Below are positions 17,678 through 26,371 of a stretch of 64,000 bases of DNA, piece after piece. The first letter of the stretch is position 1, and every line of letters begins with the position of its first letter. The stretch covers positions 45-64,044 of the forward strand of contig CAWBZX010000031.1 of NCBI GenBank assembly GCA_963793295.1, given 5' to 3'. The position numbers and the translations under genes are program-made. The notes below the pieces were generated by a model. That model was not told where the DNA came from and did no database searches. It saw only the letters and a list, made by a program, of their open reading frames with translations. This DNA is from an uncultured Saprospiraceae bacterium (GTDB lineage: Bacteria > Bacteroidota > Bacteroidia > Chitinophagales > Saprospiraceae).

Positions 17678-18781
17678 TTACAAATAAGTTTCTGAAAATA
17701 TTTTGGTATCGTCTGTTGCGTCTGGTTTGATCATTTTTACATCTGGATTCGGTAGTTTGTCTTTTGCTTCGTTTCCTTTTTTTATTTCTATCAATCCGTT
17801 CGAGGTAAGTGGTTGATTTGCATTAGTTAATAATATTTTTTGGTTATCGGTTAAACCATCATCTTCTTTATCAAAAATGACATTTGCATCAACACCAAGC
17901 GTTTGATCTTTTTCGAAAATGTATTTCCAAATGGTGCTTCGGTTGTTGATACGAATATGGTATGCCGGAGGGCTGCTTTTAAATTCACCTGCAGCAGTTA
18001 ATGGTGCATAATCATTTTGTTCTGTTGTCTCACCAAATAGTTCGGCGAGGCCAAAGATTCCTGGAACGAAAGTGTTGTTGTTGAGGTAAAATTCTTCTGT
18101 GAAACCGCTGCCGTCATCTTCTTTCAAAGTGTACTTTCCAGAAGGGAATCTTCGTAAATCAATCTGATAGGTTTTTATGCCACCGGTCAAATCAACATTT
18201 TCTGAAAGCAACTCTTCTCCGTGAATATTTGTAAGCGTCAATTGTACACTGCCACCCACAGACTGAATCGAATGGTTATGAATGCTGTTGTAAAATTTGA
18301 TTAAATCATCTTCACCAGTATATTTTAAAGAAGGGCTACCTGTCGGCCCCGATTTGGAAAGGGACATGTTATCTGAATCGACTTTTTCGAGATTGTTGAA
18401 ATAGAAAATCTTATTTCTTGGAATGTCTAGATCAAGATCACTGAAATTAAAAAAGGAATTGTCTCTTAATTTCAAGATAAAAGTCAATTTCATAGTATCA
18501 TCTGGTGACAAAAAAGGTTTGTTTTCATTTTCCGGATCAGCGCTAGCAGCAATGATAAAGCCAGATGGCGTTGGAACGTATTTTTGTTTATAATTTTTTA
18601 TTTGGAGTAAACAATCTGGTGTTGGGACGATCTCCATAAAATTCAACACATGATATTGATTGAGTTGTTTTAGCTTTTCCTCATTGTTCATACTTTCAAA
18701 ATTTTGCAGTCCCTTATTTAGAAAATAATGGTGCAAAACATTCAACTCAAATAATATGTTAGCGGAAATCCTAATCTTCAT
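17678..18781 (-). CDS. Uncharacterised 367-aa eCIS protein between cap and sheath genes
   Basis: ORF with an ATGA overlap to the DUF4255 gene, ending 20 nt before the sheath gene. No family recognised by eye. Confidence 0.6.
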   Translation of the reverse strand: MKIRISANILFELNVLHHYFLNKGLQNFESMNNEEKLKQLNQYHVLNFMEIVPTPDCLLQIKNYKQKYVPTPSGFIIAASADPENENKPFLSPDDTMKLTFILKLRDNSFFNFSDLDLDIPRNKIFYFNNLEKVDSDNMSLSKSGPTGSPSLKYTGEDDLIKFYNSIHNHSIQSVGGSVQLTLTNIHGEELLSENVDLTGGIKTYQIDLRRFPSGKYTLKEDDGSGFTEEFYLNNNTFVPGIFGLAELFGETTEQNDYAPLTAAGEFKSSPPAYHIRINNRSTIWKYIFEKDQTLGVDANVIFDKEDDGLTDNQKILLTNANQPLTSNGLIEIKKGNEAKDKLPNPDVKMIKPDATDDTKIFSETYL

Positions 18782-19410
18782 ATTTCTGCAAGGTTTTCGT
18801 CAGAGATTTCAATTTGTTTGATCACGCCTCGTTCATCCTGTTTTCTTAGTAATTTCAATTCAAGGACACGCATTTTGTAAATCACGGATGGCAACTGTTT
18901 TCCGCCAAGCATGCCCCAAAGTTGATTGGCTTCTTCAAATCCGGGAGAATATAAATCGATGAGGATTTTAAATGAATCCACTTTGTCTAAGTCATTCAAA
19001 GTGCCATTGATTGGTTGTGTATTTTTATGGGTAAATACTTTTTTCGATTGAAAGAACCTTACCGTTCTGGAAAGGTAAGTCAACGCATTTTCGTAGTTCA
19101 ATGAGTTAAAACTGAAAAGCAAATACAAATTGACAAAAACCGGGGGTTGACTGTAAACCGTTGAAGAATTGTCAGCAGCAGGAGAATAATGCGGTGTGTT
19201 TTTTAAAGAGGATTCTTCCTGAACGCGGACCAAAGAAATCACGATTTTGTCATCAAGAGAAGAATCGTTGCTGTTTGGAACATATTTGTCAACGTCGTGA
19301 AAAGCAATGTTTCCAATCACGACCCTTTGCTCATCCGGAGTATCTCCAGAAAAAGTATCCAGAAAATGCTCTAATTCGGTTGATATTATTTTTAAAACTT
19401 GCAATATCAT
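18778..19410 (-). CDS. DUF4255 (Pvc16_N) tail terminator / cap protein (Afp16-like)
   Basis: The ORF track starts at a TTG (19434). The in-frame ATG at 19410 gives MILQVLKIISTELEHFL..., which is the usual DUF4255 N-terminus. First gene of the operon. Confidence 0.7.
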   Translation of the reverse strand: MILQVLKIISTELEHFLDTFSGDTPDEQRVVIGNIAFHDVDKYVPNSNDSSLDDKIVISLVRVQEESSLKNTPHYSPAADNSSTVYSQPPVFVNLYLLFSFNSLNYENALTYLSRTVRFFQSKKVFTHKNTQPINGTLNDLDKVDSFKILIDLYSPGFEEANQLWGMLGGKQLPSVIYKMRVLELKLLRKQDERGVIKQIEISDENLAEI

Positions 19411-19478
19411 ACTATGGGTTTTTTCATTTTGCAATCAATGAAAAATCGATTTTTACCTTCTGGATTTTGATAAATTCA

Positions 19479-19514
19479 CTCAATGATTATTGAAAAAATT
19501 CTAAAATCATTGAG
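19479..19514. promoter_or_regulatory. Inverted repeat CTCAATGATT-N16-AATCATTGAG upstream of the first eCIS gene
   Basis: Perfect 10-bp arms at 19479..19488 and 19505..19514, 70-105 nt upstream of the ATG at 19410. Candidate operator or 5' UTR hairpin. TAnnTTTG-type boxes on the minus strand lie at 19714..19721 and 19742..19749. Confidence 0.35.
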
Positions 19515-19789
19515 ACCTCGTAGTATGTTTGAAATTTTAAAAGTACCATTAATCCAAAACCTGGAAATGGAAGAACAGTATTTATTTAAGTAGAAAATTT
19601 GTCGAAAAGAGGATCATTTGGTTTTTGATTATTTAAAATTCGTTTCGTCGCCCTGCAACAATTTTTCAAAAAGAAATAAGATGTGAATTGTCGCTTATAA
19701 AATTGGGTTGAAACAAATATATAGAATATTATCTTTGATCGCAAAATTATTATCTGATGTTTTTTTTTAATATATAACTGATAGTAAAT

Positions 19790-20893
19790 TTATGCTTTAT
19801 TGTCAAAAACGACCTCTTTGGCTTGAAGTAACTCCGCTATCTTTTTAAGCGATTCAGCTATTTCCTTTTTCATTTTAGCATTAATTTTTTCAAAGAGATT
19901 TAAAGAGACTTCCATCTTAGTTCCTTTAAATCTGGAAGACCATGAGCCATGTGCTTTTCCATTGATCAGGATAGTGCCCAGGCCGTTTCCACCGGTGGCG
20001 CCAAGTTTTCCATAAATATGGTGTTGCATGTCGGTACTAACGAATCTTTCGCGCCCATCTGGGGCATAACCCATCATATAGCTATCCCATTGCGGCAAAA
20101 TATCAATGCAATCTTTTTGAGGAATTTTGAATGATTCAAAAGCTTGTTGGTCTTCTTTTAAAAGTAACAATCCTTCCCCTATTTCAATGGTTTCAATTGC
20201 TGAGAAAGCAGCCTTTGCTTTAGTTGCTGTAGTACCAACCCACCATTGAAAATCTTTGATCCGGGCCGGGCCGAATGCCTGTAGATATTTTTTAGCGAGC
20301 CAGATTTGTGCTCTTTCGGGATCGATGTTTTCAAAAGGAGTATGATTCCAGGCTTCGGTAGAAACGTAGCTAATAATATTGGATCGCAAACTTTTGGCAC
20401 CAACTCTCAACACCTTTTGTTCAAAAGCCATTCTGTTTAGGATGAATTTTAAAAGTTCATCCGGGACATTGGTGTTGCCTTTTAATTCCTTTACGGTTAA
20501 AGGTGAAGTAGCTGTTTTTAAAATGGTATTTGCCCAAGCGTCGTATTTTTCCGGTGGAATGTTTCTGCCAGGCTGAGCGTATCTTTTTTCCCAGGAGGGG
20601 GCATCGGGAGGATCTAGTGTTGCAGCCATTATCATTGGTGTATCTTCTTTTGGTAACCAATAAACTGATTGCCGCATGGCCGGGACTCTAATAGCCACTC
20701 GCTTTTCATCTAAGTCATAAAATGTTTGTTCGTCAAACTTTTGGGTACGAGCAAATAATGAGAGCGCAGCCGTGGGATGAGCGCTGTAAACACCAATAAT
20801 GGAATTTAAAACTTGTTCAAAACTGCTTGCTTGCTTTCCCAATAATTGGCGATGATGGGACCAATGGGTCAATTTACTTTTCAGGTCAGACAT
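19790..20893 (-). CDS. Winged-helix DUF1006 / YcaQ-AlkZ family protein (putative crosslink-repair DNA glycosylase)
   Basis: 367 aa. IIGVYSAHPTAALSLFARTQKF and VAIRVPAMRQSVYWLPKED resemble the family N-terminal region. Confidence 0.55.
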   Translation of the reverse strand: MSDLKSKLTHWSHHRQLLGKQASSFEQVLNSIIGVYSAHPTAALSLFARTQKFDEQTFYDLDEKRVAIRVPAMRQSVYWLPKEDTPMIMAATLDPPDAPSWEKRYAQPGRNIPPEKYDAWANTILKTATSPLTVKELKGNTNVPDELLKFILNRMAFEQKVLRVGAKSLRSNIISYVSTEAWNHTPFENIDPERAQIWLAKKYLQAFGPARIKDFQWWVGTTATKAKAAFSAIETIEIGEGLLLLKEDQQAFESFKIPQKDCIDILPQWDSYMMGYAPDGRERFVSTDMQHHIYGKLGATGGNGLGTILINGKAHGSWSSRFKGTKMEVSLNLFEKINAKMKKEIAESLKKIAELLQAKEVVFDNKA

Positions 20894-20960
20894 TTAAAAT
20901 GTTTTTTCGAAAAAACATGATTCTTCTGTGTTGAAAAAGAAATTTAAAACGCTATAAAAT

Positions 20961-21398
20961 TTAAGCTTCCGGTTTTTCCACTTCCTTTTTCAATGCTTCG
21001 TTCATCAATTTAAATCCCTTTTTGGTATTATCCAGAATACTTCCCATCAATCCCACCAAAATACCGTTGAATTTTTCTCCATGTATGAAAGTTGTGGTTC
21101 CATCCGGATTTTCTTTAAGCTGAAAATAATGCTCGCCATCAAAAATACCTTTGAAAAACAATTTTCCCAACCAACGGAATTCTTTGTTTTCGTCAAATAC
21201 AAGAACTTTAGGTTTGAATGTCATAGCCTTGCCATCAGGAGGCGTTAGGTGAACAGCTATTTGTTCACCAACGTTGAGATTGCCTTGTATCGATTCTATG
21301 AATGGATTCCATTCCGGATATTTTTCAACATTGGTAAATACTTTCCAAACTTTTTCTTTAGGCGCATTGATGATGATTTCTGTTTTTATCTCTTTCAT
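20961..21398 (-). CDS. SRPBCC (START/polyketide-cyclase-like) domain protein
   Basis: 145 aa. IIINAPKEKVWKVFTNVEKYPEWNPFI is the typical SRPBCC N-terminus. Confidence 0.7.
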   Translation of the reverse strand: MKEIKTEIIINAPKEKVWKVFTNVEKYPEWNPFIESIQGNLNVGEQIAVHLTPPDGKAMTFKPKVLVFDENKEFRWLGKLFFKGIFDGEHYFQLKENPDGTTTFIHGEKFNGILVGLMGSILDNTKKGFKLMNEALKKEVEKPEA

Positions 21399-21418
21399 GA
21401 TTTTCGAGTTTTTATTAT

Positions 21419-22231
21419 TTAGCCCAAATATCCGCCAACGCGGTTGTAAATCATTTGAGGACTCCAGTCGAATTCTTCACCTTTGATCATTCTTGAGGCG
21501 TATCGAAATGGTTTAAATCCTTGACTTTCAGCAAATTCGATGATCTCCAAATTTTCAGTTGGCAAGATAATTAATTCACTTTCCGTGGCCCATTTTATTT
21601 TCAAGAGCTCAAAACCAGCTTCGTGGTTTTTTGCTATAATCAGCCCATCACCTAATTTGGGTAGGTAAAACCCCATGAGTTCCTGATCAACGTATAGCAA
21701 AGCCTTTTCGGTAAAATATTTTAAAATTTCACTTCGGTCTTCGCCCATTGCTTGATAGTCTAAATCAGCAATTTGCTCATAATATTTTGGATCATAACTG
21801 ATGACTTTTTCTTTTTCTAAACTCCATTCCTTTTGGGCCTCTCTTTTTAAAAAAACATAATCGGATACATGCTCAAAACCTGATTTTTCATAAACCGATT
21901 GACCAATCGGGGTAGCTAAAAGCATCTGTGTTCCGATACCTTTCGAGGCGATATACTTTGAAAGATATTCGGTTATAAACCTTCCAATACCTTTGTTTCG
22001 GAAAGATTCATCAACGACAATTACACCAATCCATGCTGAATTTTTATTGAAAATAACTTCACCAATACCGATTACTTTATTTTGAAAAATGGCTTTTACC
22101 GGATAAAAGAAATCATAATCGATGAATTGATTAAAAACTTTTCGGATGTCATTCCAACCTTCTGGCTGAAGATGCAGGATTTTATCAATATCAGTTTTTA
22201 AAAGTGGTTGTATGTCAATTTGGTCAATCAA
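21419..22231 (-). CDS. GNAT family N-acetyltransferase
   Basis: 270 aa. GVIVVDESFRNKGIGRFITEYL is the acetyl-CoA binding motif A (R/Q-x-x-G-x-G/A). Confidence 0.75.
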   Translation of the reverse strand: MIDQIDIQPLLKTDIDKILHLQPEGWNDIRKVFNQFIDYDFFYPVKAIFQNKVIGIGEVIFNKNSAWIGVIVVDESFRNKGIGRFITEYLSKYIASKGIGTQMLLATPIGQSVYEKSGFEHVSDYVFLKREAQKEWSLEKEKVISYDPKYYEQIADLDYQAMGEDRSEILKYFTEKALLYVDQELMGFYLPKLGDGLIIAKNHEAGFELLKIKWATESELIILPTENLEIIEFAESQGFKPFRYASRMIKGEEFDWSPQMIYNRVGGYLG

Positions 22232-22243
22232 AGGTTTAATATT

Positions 22244-24013
22244 TTACTCCAATCCATTTGGAAAATATTGTGGTAATTCAGCGCCTTCCTCACCATATTT
22301 GTTGATCAATTGACGCAGAAACAAAGAATAAATTCCTTGATGCTGGAGATATTGTTTGTTTGAAATGTCAACATTCATTCCTGGTTGGAGTCCATATTTG
22401 ATAAAAGAATTTACAAATACTGTATCCTTACTGATAATATGTAAAGGTGTCGCTGCATCATCACTGTAATCCCAGATTTTATACTCCAAAGTTGGTGGCT
22501 GGTGATCACCCAGCAAAACGAAAATGCTGTTTTTGTTTGTTTTCTCTTTTATAAAGTCAGTGACTACCCGCAATTCGTATTCCATTGCTTTTTGATAACG
22601 ATCAATCGATTCCCCTTTCAGTTCAGGTGCTTTTTCATTTTTTATGTCATCCAATTTCCGCCAATCTGCAACTATTGGTGGAGGATCATACCATGGGCCA
22701 TGTGATGTCATCGTAATGAAAAACAGAAATTTTGGCGCGGAAACATTTTTGGTGATTTCATCTTCAAAATAGCCCAAAGCATATTGATCCGGCAAACCTC
22801 CCAGGTAATCATATTTATAGCCTTCATAAGGAATATCATTGTACATGATCCAATCATCAAATCCCCAAAACCGGTTAATTTTGTTTTCAGGAATTAAGGA
22901 ATCTGTATTAACATTTGACATCGTAGACATTCGATAAGTCTGATATCCTTGATTATTAAAATATCGGACCACATGCGGAAAATCATAATTCACATTAATC
23001 ATGTCATTGTATTGAACCTGATTTTCAATTTTCACACCGCTTAAGGTAGAAGTGAAAGCCAGCCAGGAACGCCCTCCTTTTATTGGAGAAATACTGTAGG
23101 CCGATGCCATATGCCATCCTTCATTTTTCAAGGATTGACTTAATTCTGATGACAATATTTTGTAAGTACTATCCAACTCAGGACTCAAAGTGGCGACGGT
23201 TCCATACGATTCAATAAAAATGAAAAAGACATCCGGTTTTTCGGTCAAAGTGAGTTTTAGATTCTTCCGGTAGGCTTGCTCATTTTCAATCGTTTTTAAT
23301 TTATCCGCGTTTTTCAATTGCATGCTATTTAAAATCCGGGGAGCCATCCACTGAACCGTCGGCCAATGGGGATTATATGGGTTGTTCCAATATTTAAAAG
23401 TGCTGATTAAAATGAATAAAGCAAGTCCGGTGAAAATCCATTTGGTACTTTTCAGTCGTTTAATTTGCTGAAAGCTTTTCACCAAAAGTTTTATTAAAAA
23501 AATGATAAAAACGGTAAGCAAAATAAACCCAATGAATGGTAAAATAAAGTTGGTTGCATATCCAAAACTAAGTTCTCTAAGAAAGATCGGCAACACTTCT
23601 TTCACCAAAGCAAAATCATTTATAAAGTAAGGTGTTTCTCCATAAAATTTTTGATAAAATTCATAATAGATATTATAATAAAGCTGCAAAATGTAATAAA
23701 CTGAGATCAATACAAATGATAAGGCTTGAAGCTTTTTGTTATTTCTGGAAAACCACAAAAGGCTGACTACTAATACAAAATCAGCAGCGATGCGAAATAT
23801 GTCGTGATTGTTGCGGATGAAAAATAATCTCAAATTTCCGGTCCAGGCTCCTGTTGGAATGGTCGATGAAGGGAAAAAAGTGGAAATTTCGTAATAAGCG
23901 ATAAAATTAGGGATATACAAAACCATGCTCAGTAGCACAAAAATACTCCAGAAAATCCATGCTACACGAGTTGTTGAATTTTTACCCAACTGGTTTTTGT
24001 TGATCAATTTCAT
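22244..24013 (-). CDS. Membrane-anchored sulfatase-like / LTA-synthase-family transferase
   Basis: 589 aa. Five or six N-terminal hydrophobic helices, then an alkaline-phosphatase-superfamily domain (DVFFIFIESYGT, LLGDHQPP). Confidence 0.65.
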   Translation of the reverse strand: MKLINKNQLGKNSTTRVAWIFWSIFVLLSMVLYIPNFIAYYEISTFFPSSTIPTGAWTGNLRLFFIRNNHDIFRIAADFVLVVSLLWFSRNNKKLQALSFVLISVYYILQLYYNIYYEFYQKFYGETPYFINDFALVKEVLPIFLRELSFGYATNFILPFIGFILLTVFIIFLIKLLVKSFQQIKRLKSTKWIFTGLALFILISTFKYWNNPYNPHWPTVQWMAPRILNSMQLKNADKLKTIENEQAYRKNLKLTLTEKPDVFFIFIESYGTVATLSPELDSTYKILSSELSQSLKNEGWHMASAYSISPIKGGRSWLAFTSTLSGVKIENQVQYNDMINVNYDFPHVVRYFNNQGYQTYRMSTMSNVNTDSLIPENKINRFWGFDDWIMYNDIPYEGYKYDYLGGLPDQYALGYFEDEITKNVSAPKFLFFITMTSHGPWYDPPPIVADWRKLDDIKNEKAPELKGESIDRYQKAMEYELRVVTDFIKEKTNKNSIFVLLGDHQPPTLEYKIWDYSDDAATPLHIISKDTVFVNSFIKYGLQPGMNVDISNKQYLQHQGIYSLFLRQLINKYGEEGAELPQYFPNGLE

Positions 24014-24114
24014 GTTTGCAAATAACGAAATTTGTTATGAAAAATGCAGCCTGAAGAACTTTAAAATATTGCTTTAGGTTTTCTCATGAATGTTGAAATC
24101 AAGCCTAAGATCAT

Positions 24115-24789
24115 TCAGGTTTTAAAGAAATTATATTTCAATACCGCCCAAAAGCTCATTCCGAAAGAATAAAATACCAAAATCGTAGCAATAATCAATG
24201 CTGGCCTCGCTATCGAAAAAGGTAAAGCAAATCCCGCAATAAGAGAACCCATTAAAATAACTGCAATTAATCGGGCTCGAAAAACTCGTTCTTCTTTTTG
24301 CTTGGGTTCCTTAAAAAATAACAAAGCGATGAAATACAAATATCGAAGCAGGCCAAGGGAAATGATCCATAATCCAAAAGTACCGTTTTGATAAAGCAAA
24401 CAGGTTAAAGTCAAAACATAAAGCGCATCTGTTTCCATATCGAGGTATTCACCGAAGCTGGATGTCGTTTTGTGTTTTCTGGCCAGGTAGCCATCCAGGC
24501 CATCTAAAACCAGAACAAGAAAAGCGATGCTTGCGATTTGTAAACTGGAAAATGAAAAAAAGACTAGCGTAATCAGTAAAAGTAATCGGATGCTGGTCAC
24601 TATGTTTGCGGCTTCAAAAAGGAAAGTCGTTTGCTGATCTTTGAAATACTTTATGAAATAAAAAGCACTGAAGGAAAACAAAGCGGCTATTCCGATGACT
24701 TCAATTTGGTAAGTTAAAAGAAAATAGAATGTGGTGGAAAGTAACAGGATTGCATGAACGGTCATCCATTTTTCAATCCAAATCCTCAT
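24115..24789 (-). CDS. CDP-alcohol phosphatidyltransferase family protein
   Basis: 224 aa polytopic membrane protein with the motif DGLDGYLARKHKTTSSFGEYLDMETDAL (D-x2-DG-x2-AR-x8-G-x3-D-x3-D). Confidence 0.85.
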   Translation of the reverse strand: MRIWIEKWMTVHAILLLSTTFYFLLTYQIEVIGIAALFSFSAFYFIKYFKDQQTTFLFEAANIVTSIRLLLLITLVFFSFSSLQIASIAFLVLVLDGLDGYLARKHKTTSSFGEYLDMETDALYVLTLTCLLYQNGTFGLWIISLGLLRYLYFIALLFFKEPKQKEERVFRARLIAVILMGSLIAGFALPFSIARPALIIATILVFYSFGMSFWAVLKYNFFKT

Positions 24790-24808
24790 AGCTTAGATTA
24801 GGTTTTTC

Positions 24809-25012
24809 TTAATCAACAGCAGGCATTTTACAAGCTTCATCGGGCGTTTTTCCACAAACAGAGCATTCGCCTATTTCATTTTTAAGCATTGGGTTGTTGG
24901 ATGAGCAGGATCCACGGAATTCCTGACCAGTGACAACCTGTCGAAGATTAATGAGGACAAATGAAACGCCGAAAACGACAAAAATGAGTAAGAAGACATA
25001 TAAAAACTCCAT
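24809..25012 (-). CDS. Small single-TM protein with Cys-rich tail (possibly NqrM/DUF539-like)
   Basis: 67 aa. N-terminal helix, then RGSCSSNN...GECSVCGKTPDEAC. The assignment is a weak recollection of the NqrM pattern. Confidence 0.4.
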   Translation of the reverse strand: MEFLYVFLLIFVVFGVSFVLINLRQVVTGQEFRGSCSSNNPMLKNEIGECSVCGKTPDEACKMPAVD

Positions 25013-25135
25013 GTGGTCAATATTTTTGATTTTGGCAAAAGGTGTTTAGAAGTAAACAATTTTTCGCCTAATCAGTTTAACTTTGCGCCTGTTTATCCAA
25101 CAGGTTTAAATCTAAATGCAAAGATACAACAAATT

Positions 25136-25903
25136 ATGAATCATAAATTGCAAGCATTCGATCGATTACTTAAAATCATGGATGAGCTCAGAGCGAAGTG
25201 TCCCTGGGATCGAAAGCAGACCTTTCAGAGCCTTCGAAATCTAACAATTGAAGAAACTTATGAATTGGCAGATGCGATCCTGAACGAAGACATGGAAGAG
25301 ATCAAAGAAGAGATTGGCGATATTCTGCTTCACATGATTTTTTATGCAAAAATAGCGGATGAAAAACAGGCTTTTGATATTGCAGATGCGATCAACGCGG
25401 TTTGTGAGAAGTTGATCAAAAGGCATCCGCATATTTACGGTGATGTAAAAGTTAAAGATGAAGAAGAGGTGAAAAAGAACTGGGAGCAACTGAAATTGAA
25501 AGAAGGAAAAAAATCCGTTTTGTCGGGAGTGCCCAACTCACTGCCGGCAATGGTAAAAGCATACCGTATGCAGGAGAAGACCGCTCAGGTTGGTTTTGAG
25601 TGGGAAAACAGTGAGCAGGTTTGGGAAAAGGTGGAAGAAGAATTAGCGGAATTTAAAGAAGTTGCCGATAACCCAGATGCGAAAGATAAGCAGGAAGAAG
25701 AATTTGGTGATGTGCTTTTTTCACTAATCAACTATGCGCGATTCAAAGGAATTGATCCTGAAACTGCACTCGAAAAGATCAACCGGAAATTTAAGCATCG
25801 CTTTGAATACATCGAAGCCCATGCGCATAAATCGATGGATGATATGACTTTGGAAGAGATGGATGCCTTGTGGAACGAAGCTAAATTGAAAAAACCAATG
25901 TAA
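25136..25903 (+). CDS. mazG: Nucleoside triphosphate pyrophosphohydrolase MazG
   Basis: FDRLLKIMDELRAKCPWDRKQT, EETYELADAI and EEFGDVLFSLINYARF are tandem MazG domains. I prefer the ATG at 25136 to the GTG at 25013 given by the ORF track. Confidence 0.85.
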   Translation: MNHKLQAFDRLLKIMDELRAKCPWDRKQTFQSLRNLTIEETYELADAILNEDMEEIKEEIGDILLHMIFYAKIADEKQAFDIADAINAVCEKLIKRHPHIYGDVKVKDEEEVKKNWEQLKLKEGKKSVLSGVPNSLPAMVKAYRMQEKTAQVGFEWENSEQVWEKVEEELAEFKEVADNPDAKDKQEEEFGDVLFSLINYARFKGIDPETALEKINRKFKHRFEYIEAHAHKSMDDMTLEEMDALWNEAKLKKPM

Positions 25904-25973
25904 GGGCAAAATATTTAAAATGCAGTTCATCTCACTTTTTTTCAATAAACTTTTAAACAACTAATAAAAAACG

Positions 25974-25981
25974 TACATTTG
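25974..25981 (+). promoter_or_regulatory. Candidate Bacteroidota -7 promoter box (TACATTTG = TAnnTTTG) for rpsO
   Basis: Exact match to the TAnnTTTG consensus, 60 nt upstream of the rpsO ATG. No clear -33 TTTG was seen. Confidence 0.35.
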
Positions 25982-26040
25982 CACCGCTAAAACTGATTTT
26001 CGTAATCACTATTGGTAAATATTTAAAACTTAAAATACAA

Positions 26041-26316
26041 ATGGCAGTTTATTTAACGAAAGAAAAGACAGAAGAAATTTTTAGTGAATATGGTGGTTCT
26101 GCAAAGAACACAGGCAATACCGAAGGTCAAATTGCTTTATTCACCTATCGTATCAATGAATTATCTCAGCACCTTCAAGCTAATAAGAAAGACCACTCCT
26201 GTCGGCGTACTTTATTATCTCTAGTAGGTAAAAGAAAGCGTTTGTTGGGATATTTGGCAAAGAAAGATATTACAAAATATCGTGAACTAATTGAAAAATT
26301 AGGACTACGTAAATAA
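26041..26316 (+). CDS. rpsO: 30S ribosomal protein S15
   Basis: 91 aa. GNTEGQIALFTYRINELSQHLQANKKDHSCRRTLLSLVGKRKRLLGYL is a typical S15 sequence. Sits upstream of pnp, as in most bacteria. Confidence 0.95.
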   Translation: MAVYLTKEKTEEIFSEYGGSAKNTGNTEGQIALFTYRINELSQHLQANKKDHSCRRTLLSLVGKRKRLLGYLAKKDITKYRELIEKLGLRK

Positions 26317-26330
26317 AAGTATAAACATAA

Positions 26331-26371
26331 GAAAGTGTTTCTCCTCTAATGAAACACTTTCTTTTTGTTTT
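26331..26371 (+). terminator. Rho-independent terminator/attenuator after rpsO
   Basis: GAAAGTGTTTC (26331..26341) pairs with GAAACACTTTC (26351..26361), followed by TTTTTGTTTT. Confidence 0.8.

Noticed and set aside
1-19434. Prophage or canonical type VI secretion system as the explanation for the tail-like gene cluster
   Set aside because: No capsid, portal, terminase, integrase, repressor, holin or endolysin genes, and no att-like repeats, are seen. No TssJ/L/M, TssA or ClpV-type genes are in the window either. The DUF4255, DUF4157, DUF5908 and LysM-initiator genes are hallmarks of eCIS-type loci. The left flank lies outside the window, so this remains provisional.
25013-25135. Longer MazG starting at the GTG at 25013, and a longer PurC starting at the TTG at 33979
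   Set aside because: The extensions carry no conserved sequence, and the MazG extension would abut the divergent gene start. The family-typical N-termini begin at the internal ATGs (25136 and 34003).
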